Of a DNA stretch of 64,000 nt, positions 46,823 through 56,216 are shown one piece after another. This DNA comes from Geminicoccaceae bacterium (GTDB taxonomy: Bacteria; Pseudomonadota; Alphaproteobacteria; Geminicoccales; Geminicoccaceae), in contig JAXMCK010000004.1 of NCBI GenBank assembly GCA_046349395.1, positions 748,173 to 812,172 on the forward strand, read 5' to 3'. Every line of letters begins with the position of its first letter. The first letter of the stretch is position 1. The notes under the pieces were generated by a model, which was given only the letters and a program-made list of their open reading frames with translations, ran no database searches and had not been told where the DNA came from. Made by a program: the position numbers and the translations under genes.

Positions 46823-47761
46823 CTATAAATTGAAATCACCCTTGAGTGCGCGCTGCCACCACCCTGCGTAGCCGTCCCAGAACGCTGCCAGGCCGTCCTG
46901 CACCAGCGGGTCGCGGTTCACCCGAGAGACCGGCTCGTCCACCTGCACCGGCGGGTCGGCGATCTCGACGGGGCACGGGAGTTCGAGCCGCGGGCGCATC
47001 GCCTCGGCCAGCCTTTCCGCGAACCGCCCCAACGACTCGGCGAAGAGGCTCGGTCGCCGGTACCAGGTGCCGGACCGGCCCCAGACCGCACGAAGGAAGC
47101 GCACATAGTCGTCGGCCAGCAGTGACGCCGGGATGTGATCGCGGACGAGATGCGGGGCGCGCACCGTCGGCGTCTCGCCCCGCAGCCAGGAGCGGATGAG
47201 CGAGGAGGCGAGGCAGGGCTTCTCCAGCGGGCCGAAGGGTGCCGGGACGACGAACTTGCCTAGGGCGAACCCCCGTCCTTCGCAGGCGTGCCGCCACACT
47301 TGCCAGGTCAGCGCCTTGGCGAGGCCGTAGGCGTTCACCGCGCGCGATGGCCCGGCCTCCCCCTCGTCCGTCTCGAACACCGTGCCCGTCACCACGACCG
47401 TACGGCAGCCGCCGGCCTGCAGCCGGTCGAGCACCGCACCGAGCCCGGCCGTGTTGGCCGCCAGCGCAGCGCCCACATCGAAGTCCGCCCGGCGAAAATC
47501 GCCGACCTCGGCCGCATGGTGGCAGAGTGCCTCGAATGGTCCGGCCCGGTCGATCAGGTCGAGAAATGGCGGCGAACCGAACGGGCACTTCGGGACGAGG
47601 CGCACCGTCTCCGGAAGTGCGGCGAGCCGTGCTCGCCGGAGCGGATCGCCGTCATCGGCCGCCCCGCGGCAGGGAGCCACCACCTCGATGCCGGCCTCGA
47701 CGAGGGCCCGGACGAACCAGGCACCCGTGAACGAGCTTGCCCCGGTGACGAGGACCCGCAT
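46823..47761 (-). CDS. NAD-dependent epimerase/dehydratase family protein (probable 4-keto reductase of the CDP-sugar pathway)
   Basis: The start is set at MRVLVTGASSFTGAWF (Rossmann), sharing one base with the upstream stop (TGATG). Confidence 0.7.
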   Translation of the reverse strand: MRVLVTGASSFTGAWFVRALVEAGIEVVAPCRGAADDGDPLRRARLAALPETVRLVPKCPFGSPPFLDLIDRAGPFEALCHHAAEVGDFRRADFDVGAALAANTAGLGAVLDRLQAGGCRTVVVTGTVFETDEGEAGPSRAVNAYGLAKALTWQVWRHACEGRGFALGKFVVPAPFGPLEKPCLASSLIRSWLRGETPTVRAPHLVRDHIPASLLADDYVRFLRAVWGRSGTWYRRPSLFAESLGRFAERLAEAMRPRLELPCPVEIADPPVQVDEPVSRVNRDPLVQDGLAAFWDGYAGWWQRALKGDFNL

Positions 47762-48309
47762 CAGGCGGCGAGGTGGAAGCCCGGGTCGAAGTCGGGATGG
47801 CTGGAGTCGCGCTCCGACACGAGCCGCGGCACTCGCGGCCACGGAATGGCGAAGGCCGGATCGTCCCAGCGCACGCCGCGCTCGCGCACGGGATCATAGG
47901 GCGTGGAGACGAAGTAGAGCACGAGGCTCTGCGGCGCCATCGTCAGGAAGCCGTGGGCGCAGCCCTTCGGCACCACGGCGATCTTGCCGGAGCCGCCGAC
48001 GAGGTCGACCGCGACGTGCCGGCCGAAGGTGGGTGAAGTCGGCCGCAGATCGAGGATGACGTCGTGGACGGCCCCGGCAAGACAGGTGACGACCTTCGAC
48101 TCGGCACTAGGGCCGAGCTGGTAGTGAAGGCCGCGCAAGGTACCCTCGGCCTCGGTGAACGACACGTTGGCCTGCGCCACTTCCGGATCGAGGCCGAGAC
48201 CCTTCAGCTCCTCGCGGCAGAAGGTGCGGGCGAAGAAGCCGCGATCGTCGCGACGCGGCTCGGTCTCCAGGATCAGGATGCCGGGCAGAGGCCGGGCGAG
48301 GAGGCGCAT
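47761..48309 (-). CDS. RfbC-like cupin sugar-nucleotide 3,5-epimerase
   Basis: ILETEPRRDDRGFFARTF...GTLRGLHYQ...KVVTCLAGAVHDVILDLR...VPKGCAHGF. The ATG at 48309 was chosen. Confidence 0.85.
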   Translation of the reverse strand: MRLLARPLPGILILETEPRRDDRGFFARTFCREELKGLGLDPEVAQANVSFTEAEGTLRGLHYQLGPSAESKVVTCLAGAVHDVILDLRPTSPTFGRHVAVDLVGGSGKIAVVPKGCAHGFLTMAPQSLVLYFVSTPYDPVRERGVRWDDPAFAIPWPRVPRLVSERDSSHPDFDPGFHLAA

Positions 48310-48316
48310 GGTCGGT

Positions 48317-49129
48317 TCAGCCCTTCCAGGGTGCGGCACCGGCTTCCCACAGGCCCTGCACCTCCTCGCGGTCGCGCGGCGTGTCGATGCAGGACCAGAA
48401 GCCGGGATGTTCGTAGATCTGGAGCTGCGAGGCCTCGGTGAGGCGGCGCAGCGGCCCGTCCTCCATCACGCACCCCTCGTCCGGCGAGAGATAGTCGAGG
48501 AAGGCGCGGCGGAAGACGAAGAAGCCGCCATTGACCCACTCGCGCACGGGCTTCGGCTTCTCGGCGAAGTGCCAGCCGCCGGTCTCGTGCAGCTCGAACC
48601 GGCCGAAGCGCGAGGGCGGCTGCACGCCCAGCACCGTGCCGACCGAGTCGTGGCCGAGATGGAATGCCAGTTCGTCGGCGAGATCCGCGTCGGTGAGCCC
48701 GTCGCCATAGGTCACGGCGAAATGCTGCGCATCGCCCAGATAGCGCGCACAGGCACGCGCCAGCCTGCCGCCCGTCATCGTGCGCGTGCCGGTGAAGGCC
48801 ACCGTCACCTGCCAGTCCGGCGGCTGCTCGCGCTGGTGGAAGCTCACCTCGCGCGTCGGCAGGTCGATGGTGAAGTCGGCCACCATGGCCGGGAAGTTGA
48901 GGAAGTAGGAGCCGATGACGTCGGCCCGGTAGCCTGTGCAGAGCACGAAGCGGCGAAAGCCGAAGCGCGCGTAGCACGACATGATGTGCACGATCATCGG
49001 CCGGTCGCCGATGTCGATCATCGGCTTCGGCGTGTCGGCCGTCAGGCTGCCGAGGCGCGTGCCGAGGCCGCCGCAGAGGATGAAGACTGGGACCTCACTC
49101 GGCTGCGGCGAGCGCATGGACCCCCTCAC
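48317..49129 (-). CDS. rfbF: Glucose-1-phosphate cytidylyltransferase
   Basis: ILCGGLGTRL...TPKPMIDIGDRPMIVHIM...GFRRFVLCTGYR...TGGRL...VNGGFFVF...GFWSCIDTPRD. The start is at 49129 or 49117. Confidence 0.9.
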   Translation of the reverse strand: MRGSMRSPQPSEVPVFILCGGLGTRLGSLTADTPKPMIDIGDRPMIVHIMSCYARFGFRRFVLCTGYRADVIGSYFLNFPAMVADFTIDLPTREVSFHQREQPPDWQVTVAFTGTRTMTGGRLARACARYLGDAQHFAVTYGDGLTDADLADELAFHLGHDSVGTVLGVQPPSRFGRFELHETGGWHFAEKPKPVREWVNGGFFVFRRAFLDYLSPDEGCVMEDGPLRRLTEASQLQIYEHPGFWSCIDTPRDREEVQGLWEAGAAPWKG

Positions 49130-50210
49130 TCTCCAGATGGGTCGACGGGGTCGCGACGATGCCCTGCAGCGTCGCGTAGCGGCGGATCTGGTCCTCCAGC
49201 CACGCTACGTCGCCGCCTTCGAGGAACCTCGCATAGCCCTCGACCGTCCAACGCAGCGTCGCCGCGAGATCGAGCAGCGGCCGCCAACCCAGCCGCTGAT
49301 GGGCCCGGGTGGAGTCGAGCCGCAAGGTCGGCGCCTCGTGCGGCGACAGCCGTGCCGCCGGGTACCAGCTTCCCCGGCCGAGGATGCGGGCCATCTCGTC
49401 GGCCACCTCGGCCACGGTGCGACAGGCGGCGGGATCGGGCCCGAAATTGAAGGCCGTCGAGTAGGCGGCGGGCTCGTTCCAGAGATGCTTGGCCAGCATC
49501 AGATAACCCGCCAGCGCGTCGAGCACGTGCTGCCAGGGGCGCACCGAGGCCGGCTGGCGAAGCTCGATGCTGCGCCCGGCGAAGAAGGCATGCACGAGAT
49601 CAGGGACGAGGCGGTTGGCGCTGAGATCGCCGCCGCCGACCACGTTGCCGGCGCGCGCCGTCGCCACCCCGATGCCGCCCGAGGCCGGCAGGAAGGAATC
49701 GCGCCATGCCCGGACCAGGATCTCGGCCGAGGCCTTGCTGGCGCTGTAGGGGTCGTGCCCACCCAGCGCATCGTCCTCGGCGCAGATGCGGGCGGGGTCG
49801 CGGTAGCACTTGTCGCTGGTGACCGCGACCAGCACCCGGACCGACGGGGTCAGGCGCACGGCTTCGAGGAGGTTCATCGTGCCGATGACGTTCGTCGACA
49901 CCGTCTCGACCGGATCCTCCAGGCTGCGCAGAAGCAGCGGTTGTGCGGCGAGGTGGAAGACGATCTCCGGTCGGGTCGAGGTCAGCGTCTCGCGCACGAT
50001 GCGAGCGTCCCGGACGTCGCCGATCCGGCTGTCGACCCGCGAGCCCACCCGGGCACTGTGGAACAGGGCGCCGTCGTCCGCCGGTGCCAGCGCCAGGCCG
50101 GTGACCCTGGCGCCCAGCAGATCCAGCCACGTACATAGCCACGAGCCCTTGAAGCCGGTATGCCCGGTCACCAGCACCCGTCGCCCGGCCCACAAGCCGC
50201 GATCCATCAT
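49095..50210 (-). CDS. rfbG: CDP-glucose 4,6-dehydratase
   Basis: VLVTGHTGFKGSWL...YSASKASAE...RAGNVVGGGD. The ATG at 50210 was chosen over the longer ORF. Confidence 0.9.
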   Translation of the reverse strand: MMDRGLWAGRRVLVTGHTGFKGSWLCTWLDLLGARVTGLALAPADDGALFHSARVGSRVDSRIGDVRDARIVRETLTSTRPEIVFHLAAQPLLLRSLEDPVETVSTNVIGTMNLLEAVRLTPSVRVLVAVTSDKCYRDPARICAEDDALGGHDPYSASKASAEILVRAWRDSFLPASGGIGVATARAGNVVGGGDLSANRLVPDLVHAFFAGRSIELRQPASVRPWQHVLDALAGYLMLAKHLWNEPAAYSTAFNFGPDPAACRTVAEVADEMARILGRGSWYPAARLSPHEAPTLRLDSTRAHQRLGWRPLLDLAATLRWTVEGYARFLEGGDVAWLEDQIRRYATLQGIVATPSTHLESEGVHALAAAE

Positions 50211-50374
50211 CGCCCCACCTCCAGCACCGCCCGGCTCGGCCATCGCTGCCGATTAAATTCAACTATTCGGCGATTGTATGTCGCTTACTATCCCGAAATT
50301 GGAAAGGCAAGAACGACGTGCGTCCCTTAGGGCGACTTGCCGGACGCGCCGCGGCGACCTAGCTCGACGGCGCC

Positions 50375-51283
50375 ATGCGCTGCCCTGTCGTCCACCATCC
50401 GGCCTATGTGTCGCCGCTGCCGACGGGGCACCGCTTCCCGATGCCGAAGTTCGGCCGCCTCTACACCCACCTGCTGGAGTCGGGCCTGGTCGAGCCGGGC
50501 CAAGTGGTCCAGCCGCAGCCGGTCCCCCGCGCCTGGCTCGAGCTGGCGCACACGCCGGCCTACGTGGCCGCGATCCTGGAGCAGCGTCTCGGCGAGGAGG
50601 ACCAGCGCCGCCTCGGCCTCCCCCTTTCCCCCGAGTTGGTCCTGCGCAGCCGCTGCGCCGTGGCCGGCACCGTGCTGGCGGCCCGCCTCGCCCTGGAACA
50701 CGGAGTCGCCTGCAACACCGCCGGCGGCAGCCACCACGCCTTCGCCGGCTTCGGCTCTGGATTCTGCGTCTTCAACGACGTCGCCGTCGCCGCCCGCGTT
50801 CTCCTCACCAAGGGCATCGTCCGGCAGGTGCTGGTCATCGACCTCGACGTCCATCAGGGCGACGGCACCGCCGCGATCTTCGCCACCGACCCGGCCGTCG
50901 TGACCCTGTCGGTCCACTGCCGGACCAACTTCCCGGCCCGCAAGCAGCAGAGCGATCTCGACGTGTCGCTCGACCCCGGCACCGGCGACACCGCCTATCT
51001 GGGCGTGCTCGACGCGGTGCTACCGGATCTTCTGCGCCGCGTGCGCCCCGACCTCGTCTTCTACAATGCCGGCGTCGACACCCATGCCGAGGACCGCCTC
51101 GGCCGCCTCGCGATGACGAACGACGGCATCGCGCGCCGCGAGCGCCTCGTCCTCGACTTGTGCCAGCGGGCCGGCATCCCCGTCGCCTGCGTCGTCGGCG
51201 GCGGCTACGCCCACGACATCGAGGTGCTGGTCCGCCGCCACGCGCTGCTGCACGTGGCGATCCTGGACCTGCTGCCGCCCTGA
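50375..51283 (+). CDS. Histone deacetylase-family amidohydrolase
   Basis: GGSHHAF...GFCVFNDVAVA...IDLDVHQGDGT...GGGY. Confidence 0.85.
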   Translation: MRCPVVHHPAYVSPLPTGHRFPMPKFGRLYTHLLESGLVEPGQVVQPQPVPRAWLELAHTPAYVAAILEQRLGEEDQRRLGLPLSPELVLRSRCAVAGTVLAARLALEHGVACNTAGGSHHAFAGFGSGFCVFNDVAVAARVLLTKGIVRQVLVIDLDVHQGDGTAAIFATDPAVVTLSVHCRTNFPARKQQSDLDVSLDPGTGDTAYLGVLDAVLPDLLRRVRPDLVFYNAGVDTHAEDRLGRLAMTNDGIARRERLVLDLCQRAGIPVACVVGGGYAHDIEVLVRRHALLHVAILDLLPP

Positions 51284-51287
51284 TGGC

Positions 51288-52667
51288 TTACGCCGCGAGC
51301 GGGATGATCTTGCCCGGGTTCATGATGTTCTGCGGGTCGAGCGCATGCTTGATCGCCGCCATGAGCTGCACGGCCTCGCCGTGCTCTTCGTTCATGCTGT
51401 CGATCTTGCCGTAGCCGACACCGTGCTCGCCGGTGCAGGTGCCGCCCATGGCGATGGCACGGCGCACCATCTTCTTGTTCACCACCTTCGCCCGCTCCAT
51501 CTCGGCCGGATCGTCGGGGTGGATCAGGAACTGCAGGTGGAAGTTGCCGTCGCCGACATGGCCGACGAGCGGCGCCAGCAGCCCCGACTCGGCGACATCC
51601 GTCCGCGTCTCGGCGATGCACTGGGCCAGCTTCGAGATCGGCACGCAGACGTCCGTGGGCCAGGCCTTCGCACCCGGCCGCAGCGACAGGGCCGCATAGT
51701 AGGCGTCGTGCCGCGCCTGCCAGAGCTTCGTCCGCTCCTCGGGCCGCGTCGTCCAGCGCGCGTCGCCGCCGCCGTGCTCGTGCGCGATCGCCATCGCCTG
51801 CTCGGCCTGCTCGGCCACGCCGGCCTCACTGCCGTGGAACTCGTAGAAGAGCGTCGGCGCCACCACGAAGCCTTCGAGCTTCGAGTAGCCGATGCAGGCC
51901 TTCATTTGGTGCTCGTCGAGAAGCTCGATCCGCGCCACCGGAATGCCGGCCTGGATCGTCGCGATCACGGCCTCGACCGCCGCATCGACGGTCGGGAAGC
52001 TGCACACGGCCGAGGAGATCGCGGCCGGGATGCCGTGCAGCCGGAGCGTGATCGCCGTGATGACGCCGAGCGTCCCCTCCGAGCCCACGAAGAGCCGCGT
52101 CAGGTCGTAGCCCGCCGACGACTTCCGCGCCCGCCCGCCGGTGCGGATGATGTTGCCCTGAGCGGTGACGACGGTGAGGCCCAGCACATTGTCCTTCATC
52201 GTGCCGTAACGGACCGCATTGGTACCCGACGCGCGCGTCGCCGTCATGCCGCCGAGCGTGGCGTTCGCCCCGGGATCGATCGGGAAGAACAGCCCCATGT
52301 CCCGCAGGTGCGCGTTCAACTGCATCCGCGTGACGCCGGGCTCGACCGTGCAGTCGAGATCTTCCGCCCGCACGGCCAGGATGCGATCCATCTTCGTCAG
52401 GTCGAGCGAGACGCCCCCGCGCAGGGCCGCCACGTGACCTTCCAGCGAGGTGCCGGCGCCGAACGGGATCACCGGCACGTTCTCGGCGGCGCAGACCTTG
52501 ACGATCGCCGCCACCTCCGCGGTCGAGGTCGGAAACGCCACCGCATCCGGCAGCTTCAGCCCGTGATAGGATTCACCGTGCCCGTGCTGCTCGCGGAGCG
52601 CCGCCGAGGTCGTGAACCGGTCGCCCAGGAGACCGGCCAATGCCGCCAGTGCCTTCTCGATCGTCAT
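51288..52667 (-). CDS. FAD-linked oxidase (D-lactate dehydrogenase / GlcD-like)
   Basis: The start is at MTIEKAL..., preceded by a GGGAGG RBS. VIPFGAGTSLEGH FAD-binding PCMH motif. C-terminal GTCTGEHGVGYGK. Confidence 0.85.
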   Translation of the reverse strand: MTIEKALAALAGLLGDRFTTSAALREQHGHGESYHGLKLPDAVAFPTSTAEVAAIVKVCAAENVPVIPFGAGTSLEGHVAALRGGVSLDLTKMDRILAVRAEDLDCTVEPGVTRMQLNAHLRDMGLFFPIDPGANATLGGMTATRASGTNAVRYGTMKDNVLGLTVVTAQGNIIRTGGRARKSSAGYDLTRLFVGSEGTLGVITAITLRLHGIPAAISSAVCSFPTVDAAVEAVIATIQAGIPVARIELLDEHQMKACIGYSKLEGFVVAPTLFYEFHGSEAGVAEQAEQAMAIAHEHGGGDARWTTRPEERTKLWQARHDAYYAALSLRPGAKAWPTDVCVPISKLAQCIAETRTDVAESGLLAPLVGHVGDGNFHLQFLIHPDDPAEMERAKVVNKKMVRRAIAMGGTCTGEHGVGYGKIDSMNEEHGEAVQLMAAIKHALDPQNIMNPGKIIPLAA

Positions 52668-52846
52668 CGCATCCTCCCGACCGTGGCGGCCGTATACGCC
52701 GAGGAAACGGGTCCGGTCAGCTGCCACCGCGCTGGGCAGATGACCTTCTCTTGCGCAGCATGGCGGCACGGATCTGGCCAGCAGTTGGACGCAGGGCCAT
52801 CTTCAGGCCATCGCCTCACGGCAGGGATGGGATGGGAGCGCCAAGG

Positions 52847-53872
52847 ATGCGGAAAATCTCGTGGCTCGGGGCCGTCGTGCCCTGGATCGCAGCGGCACTG
52901 GTCGCCTGGAGCGGGGCGGCCGCGGCCCAGGACAAGGTCACCTTCGGCACCAACTGGAAGGCCCAGGCCGAGCACGGCGGCTACTATCAGGCCGTCGCCG
53001 ACGGCACCTATGCCAAGTACGGGCTGGACGTGACCATCCGGCAGGGTGGCCCGCAGGTCAATCACAGCCAGCTGCTCGCCGCCGGCAAGATCGACTTCAA
53101 CATGGGCGGCAATCTCTTCGGCCAGTTCAACTTCCTGCAGAACAATATTCCGGTGACCACCGTCGCCGCCATCTTCCAGAAGGAGCCGCAGGTGCTCCTG
53201 GCCCACCCGGATACCGGGGTGAGCGGGTTCGCCGACCTGAAGGGCAAGACGATCTTCGTCGGCAACGACGGCAAGCTCACCTTCTGGCTCTGGCTGAAGC
53301 AGGTCTACGGCCTGAGCGACGACCAGCTGAAGCCCTACACCTTCAATCCCGCGCCTTTCATCGCCGACAAGAACAGTGCCCAGCAGGGCTACGTCACCTC
53401 CGAGCCCTTCGCGGTCGAGCAGGCGGGCGGCTTCAAGCCCGTCGTCCTGCTGATGGCGGATGCCGGCTACGACACCTACTCGACGACGATCGAGACCCTG
53501 ACGGACAAGGTGAAGAACAACCCCGACCTGGTGCAGCGCTTCGTCAGCGCCTCGATCGAGGGCTGGTACAACTATCTCTACGGCGACAACGCCAAGGCCA
53601 ACGCGGCGATCAAGGCCGACAATCCGGAGATGACCGACGACCAGATCGCGTTCTCGATCGAGGCCATGAAGAGCTACGGCATCGTCGATTCCGGTGATGC
53701 CTTGACCCAGGGCATCGGTGCCATGACCGCCGAGCGCTGGAAGAGCTTCTTCGACAAGTCGGTGAGCTGGGGTGTCTACCCCGCCGACCTGCCGATCGAG
53801 CAGGGCTATACCCTCGACTTCGTCAACAAGGGTGTCGGCCTCGAGCTCAAGAAGAAGCTCACCGGCCAGTGA
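52847..53872 (+). CDS. ABC transporter substrate-binding protein (NMT1/THI5-like, NitT/TauT family)
   Basis: Signal peptide MRKISWLGAVVPWIAAALVAWSGAAAA, then FGTNWKAQAEHGGYYQA. Confidence 0.8.
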   Translation: MRKISWLGAVVPWIAAALVAWSGAAAAQDKVTFGTNWKAQAEHGGYYQAVADGTYAKYGLDVTIRQGGPQVNHSQLLAAGKIDFNMGGNLFGQFNFLQNNIPVTTVAAIFQKEPQVLLAHPDTGVSGFADLKGKTIFVGNDGKLTFWLWLKQVYGLSDDQLKPYTFNPAPFIADKNSAQQGYVTSEPFAVEQAGGFKPVVLLMADAGYDTYSTTIETLTDKVKNNPDLVQRFVSASIEGWYNYLYGDNAKANAAIKADNPEMTDDQIAFSIEAMKSYGIVDSGDALTQGIGAMTAERWKSFFDKSVSWGVYPADLPIEQGYTLDFVNKGVGLELKKKLTGQ

Positions 53873-54669
53873 GCCCAGCCGCGGCCCGAGCTTCCGAGCC
53901 CCTGAGGAACGACGACCCGCAGAGTCCGGTCGTCGTCCTGCAGGGCGTGCACAAGGCGTTCAAGAACGGCACGGTGGCGCTGGAGAATCTCGACCTCGCC
54001 ATCGGCCGGCACGAGTTCGTCAGCCTGCTCGGACCCTCGGGCTGCGGCAAGAGCACCGCCCTGCGCCTGATCGCCGGCCTCGGCCAGCCCAGCCGTGGCC
54101 GGATCGCCTGGCCGGAGCCGCTGGCGGTCGGCGACATCGGCTTCGTCTTCCAGGAGCCCACGCTGATGCCGTGGGCCACCGTCTTCGACAATGTCTGGCT
54201 GCCGCTGCGTCTGAAGGGCCAGGGCCGTGCCGCCGTGCGGCCCGAGATCGAGGCGGCCCTGGCACTCGTCGGCCTCGATGGCTTTGCGAACGCCTACCCC
54301 CGCGAGCTGTCCGGCGGCATGCGGATGCGGGTCTCCATCGCGCGGGCCATCGTGACGAAGCCGCGGCTCCTCCTGATGGACGAGCCCTTCGCGGCCCTCG
54401 ACGAGATCACCCGCTTCAAGCTCAACAACGACCTGCTCCACTTGTGGCAGCGCGAGAGCTGGACCGTCGTCTTCGTCACCCACAGCGTGTACGAATCGGT
54501 CTATCTCTCGCAGCGGATCGTCGTCATGGCCGCCCGCCCCGGCCGGGGCGTCGCCGACCTCGCCGTCGACGCCCCCTACCCGCGCGACGAGGAGTTCCGC
54601 ACCAGCGAGCCCTACAACGCCGCCTGCCGCGAGGTCTCCGCCGTGCTGCACCGGGCGATGGGGTCCTGA
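53869..54669 (+). CDS. ABC transporter ATP-binding protein (NitT/TauT family)
   Basis: Walker A GPSGCGKST, signature LSGGMRMR, Walker B LLMDEPF. GTG start overlapping the upstream stop. Confidence 0.85.
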   Translation: MSPAAARASEPLRNDDPQSPVVVLQGVHKAFKNGTVALENLDLAIGRHEFVSLLGPSGCGKSTALRLIAGLGQPSRGRIAWPEPLAVGDIGFVFQEPTLMPWATVFDNVWLPLRLKGQGRAAVRPEIEAALALVGLDGFANAYPRELSGGMRMRVSIARAIVTKPRLLLMDEPFAALDEITRFKLNNDLLHLWQRESWTVVFVTHSVYESVYLSQRIVVMAARPGRGVADLAVDAPYPRDEEFRTSEPYNAACREVSAVLHRAMGS

Positions 54670-54674
54670 GCCTC

Positions 54675-55511
54675 ATGGCCGCCGCCGCCTCGATCGCCGA
54701 CGACGGCACCGAGCGCGAGAGCCGGGCGAAGCTCTACGCCATCCGGATCATCGCCCCTGTGATCGTGGCCGTCCTCGTCATTGGCCTCTGGGACCTCGTC
54801 GTCCGGATCAACCAGATCCCGCCCTACATCCTCCCGGGCCCGCTGCCGGTCCTGAAGGAGCTGGTCAACGGCTGGCCGGTCCTGGGCCCCGCCCTGCTGA
54901 TCACCCTCAAGATCGCCTGTCTCGCTCTCTTCGCCGCCATCGTCGGCGGCGTCGGCCTGGCCCTGCTCTGCTCCCTCTCGCCGCTTATCGAGGCCTCGCT
55001 CTTCCCCTACGCCGTGGTGCTCCAGGTCACCCCCGTCGTCTCGATCGCCCCTCTGCTGCTGATCTATGTCGACGACACGCTCACCGCCGTCGTCCTCTGC
55101 GCCTGGATCGTCGCCTTCTTCCCGGTCCTCTCGAACACGATGCTGGGCCTCGCCAGCGCCGACCACAACCTGCAGAACCTCTTCGACCTCTACGGCGCCT
55201 CCCGCTGGCAAGCACTCCGCCACCTCCGCCTGCCGACCGCACTCCCCTATTTCCTGGGCGGCCTCCGCATCGCCGGCGGCCTCTCGCTGATCGGTGCCGT
55301 CGTCGCCGAATACGTGGCCGGCACCAGCGGCACCGGCACCGGCCTCGCCTTCCGCATCCTCGAAGCCGGCTACCGCCTCAACATCCCCCGCATGTTCGCC
55401 GGCCTCCTCCTCCTGGCCCTGACCGGCATCGCCATCTACCTGCTGTTCACCGCCCTCTCATGGCTCCTCCTGCACAAGTGGCACGAGAGTGCGCTGCGGC
55501 GGGAGAACTGA
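54675..55511 (+). CDS. ABC transporter permease (NitT/TauT family)
   Basis: BPD_transp_1-type permease with the EAA-like loop (ASRWQALRHLRLPTALPYF). Confidence 0.85.
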   Translation: MAAAASIADDGTERESRAKLYAIRIIAPVIVAVLVIGLWDLVVRINQIPPYILPGPLPVLKELVNGWPVLGPALLITLKIACLALFAAIVGGVGLALLCSLSPLIEASLFPYAVVLQVTPVVSIAPLLLIYVDDTLTAVVLCAWIVAFFPVLSNTMLGLASADHNLQNLFDLYGASRWQALRHLRLPTALPYFLGGLRIAGGLSLIGAVVAEYVAGTSGTGTGLAFRILEAGYRLNIPRMFAGLLLLALTGIAIYLLFTALSWLLLHKWHESALRREN

Positions 55512-55515
55512 GCAG

Positions 55516-56139
55516 ATGAGTGGCGACGAACGGGGTTCGACACTGGACGACTTTCTCCTGGAGGAAGGCATCCTCGACGTCCCGAGCGAGCAGGCCATCA
55601 AGAGCGTGCTCGCTTGGCAGGACGAGCATGCGATGAAGGCGAAGACCGAGTTACAAGGCCCGAGCTTCTCGATTCGGCCGGCCCGGTCGGCCGCGGACAT
55701 GGCCGTCGCTGCCAAGCTGTTCGAAGCCTACGCCGCCTCGTTGCCCGTCGACCTTGCCTATCAGGACTTCGCGACCGAACTTGCGACCTTGCCCGGCAAG
55801 TACGCGCCACCGACGGGCGAGCTTCTGCTGGCCTTCTCCTCGGACGGCACGCCGCTCGGCTGCGTCGCCCTCCGCCCGCTCCCGCCGGACGGCTGCTGCG
55901 AGATGAAGCGGCTCTATGTCGACCCGTCCGCACGCGGCCTGGGCCTCGGCCGCGCCCTTGTGGACGCCGTGATCGAGGCGGCACGGCAACTCGGCTACCG
56001 CGAGATGCGCCTCGACAGCCTGCCGAGCATGACCGAGGCGATGGCCCTCTACCGCAAGGCCGGCTTCGCGCCGATCGCTCCCTACTACGCCACCCCCATC
56101 GCCGGCACGACCTTCCTCGGGCTCGCGCTCGACGCATGA
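55516..56139 (+). CDS. GNAT family N-acetyltransferase with an unusual ~40-aa N-terminal extension
   Basis: GNAT core CEMKRLYVDPSARGLGLGRALV...YRKAGF. An alternative start at 55633 (MKAKTE...) would remove the extension. Confidence 0.75.
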   Translation: MSGDERGSTLDDFLLEEGILDVPSEQAIKSVLAWQDEHAMKAKTELQGPSFSIRPARSAADMAVAAKLFEAYAASLPVDLAYQDFATELATLPGKYAPPTGELLLAFSSDGTPLGCVALRPLPPDGCCEMKRLYVDPSARGLGLGRALVDAVIEAARQLGYREMRLDSLPSMTEAMALYRKAGFAPIAPYYATPIAGTTFLGLALDA

Positions 56140-56216
56140 CGGGGGCGGCACCGCCGCCCTTTGCACCCGCCCGTCCGCACCTATAGTGAGGGGCCGCAAT
56201 CCCCGGCGGTGAGGCG

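Noticed and set aside
46806-50290. Shared AT-rich motif ATAGTTGA upstream of the GT2 gene (46806-46822, minus strand) and upstream of rfbG (about 50250-50270)
   Set aside because: There are only two short occurrences and no match to the JUMPStart/ops element (GGCGGTAG). This is insufficient to call a regulatory site.
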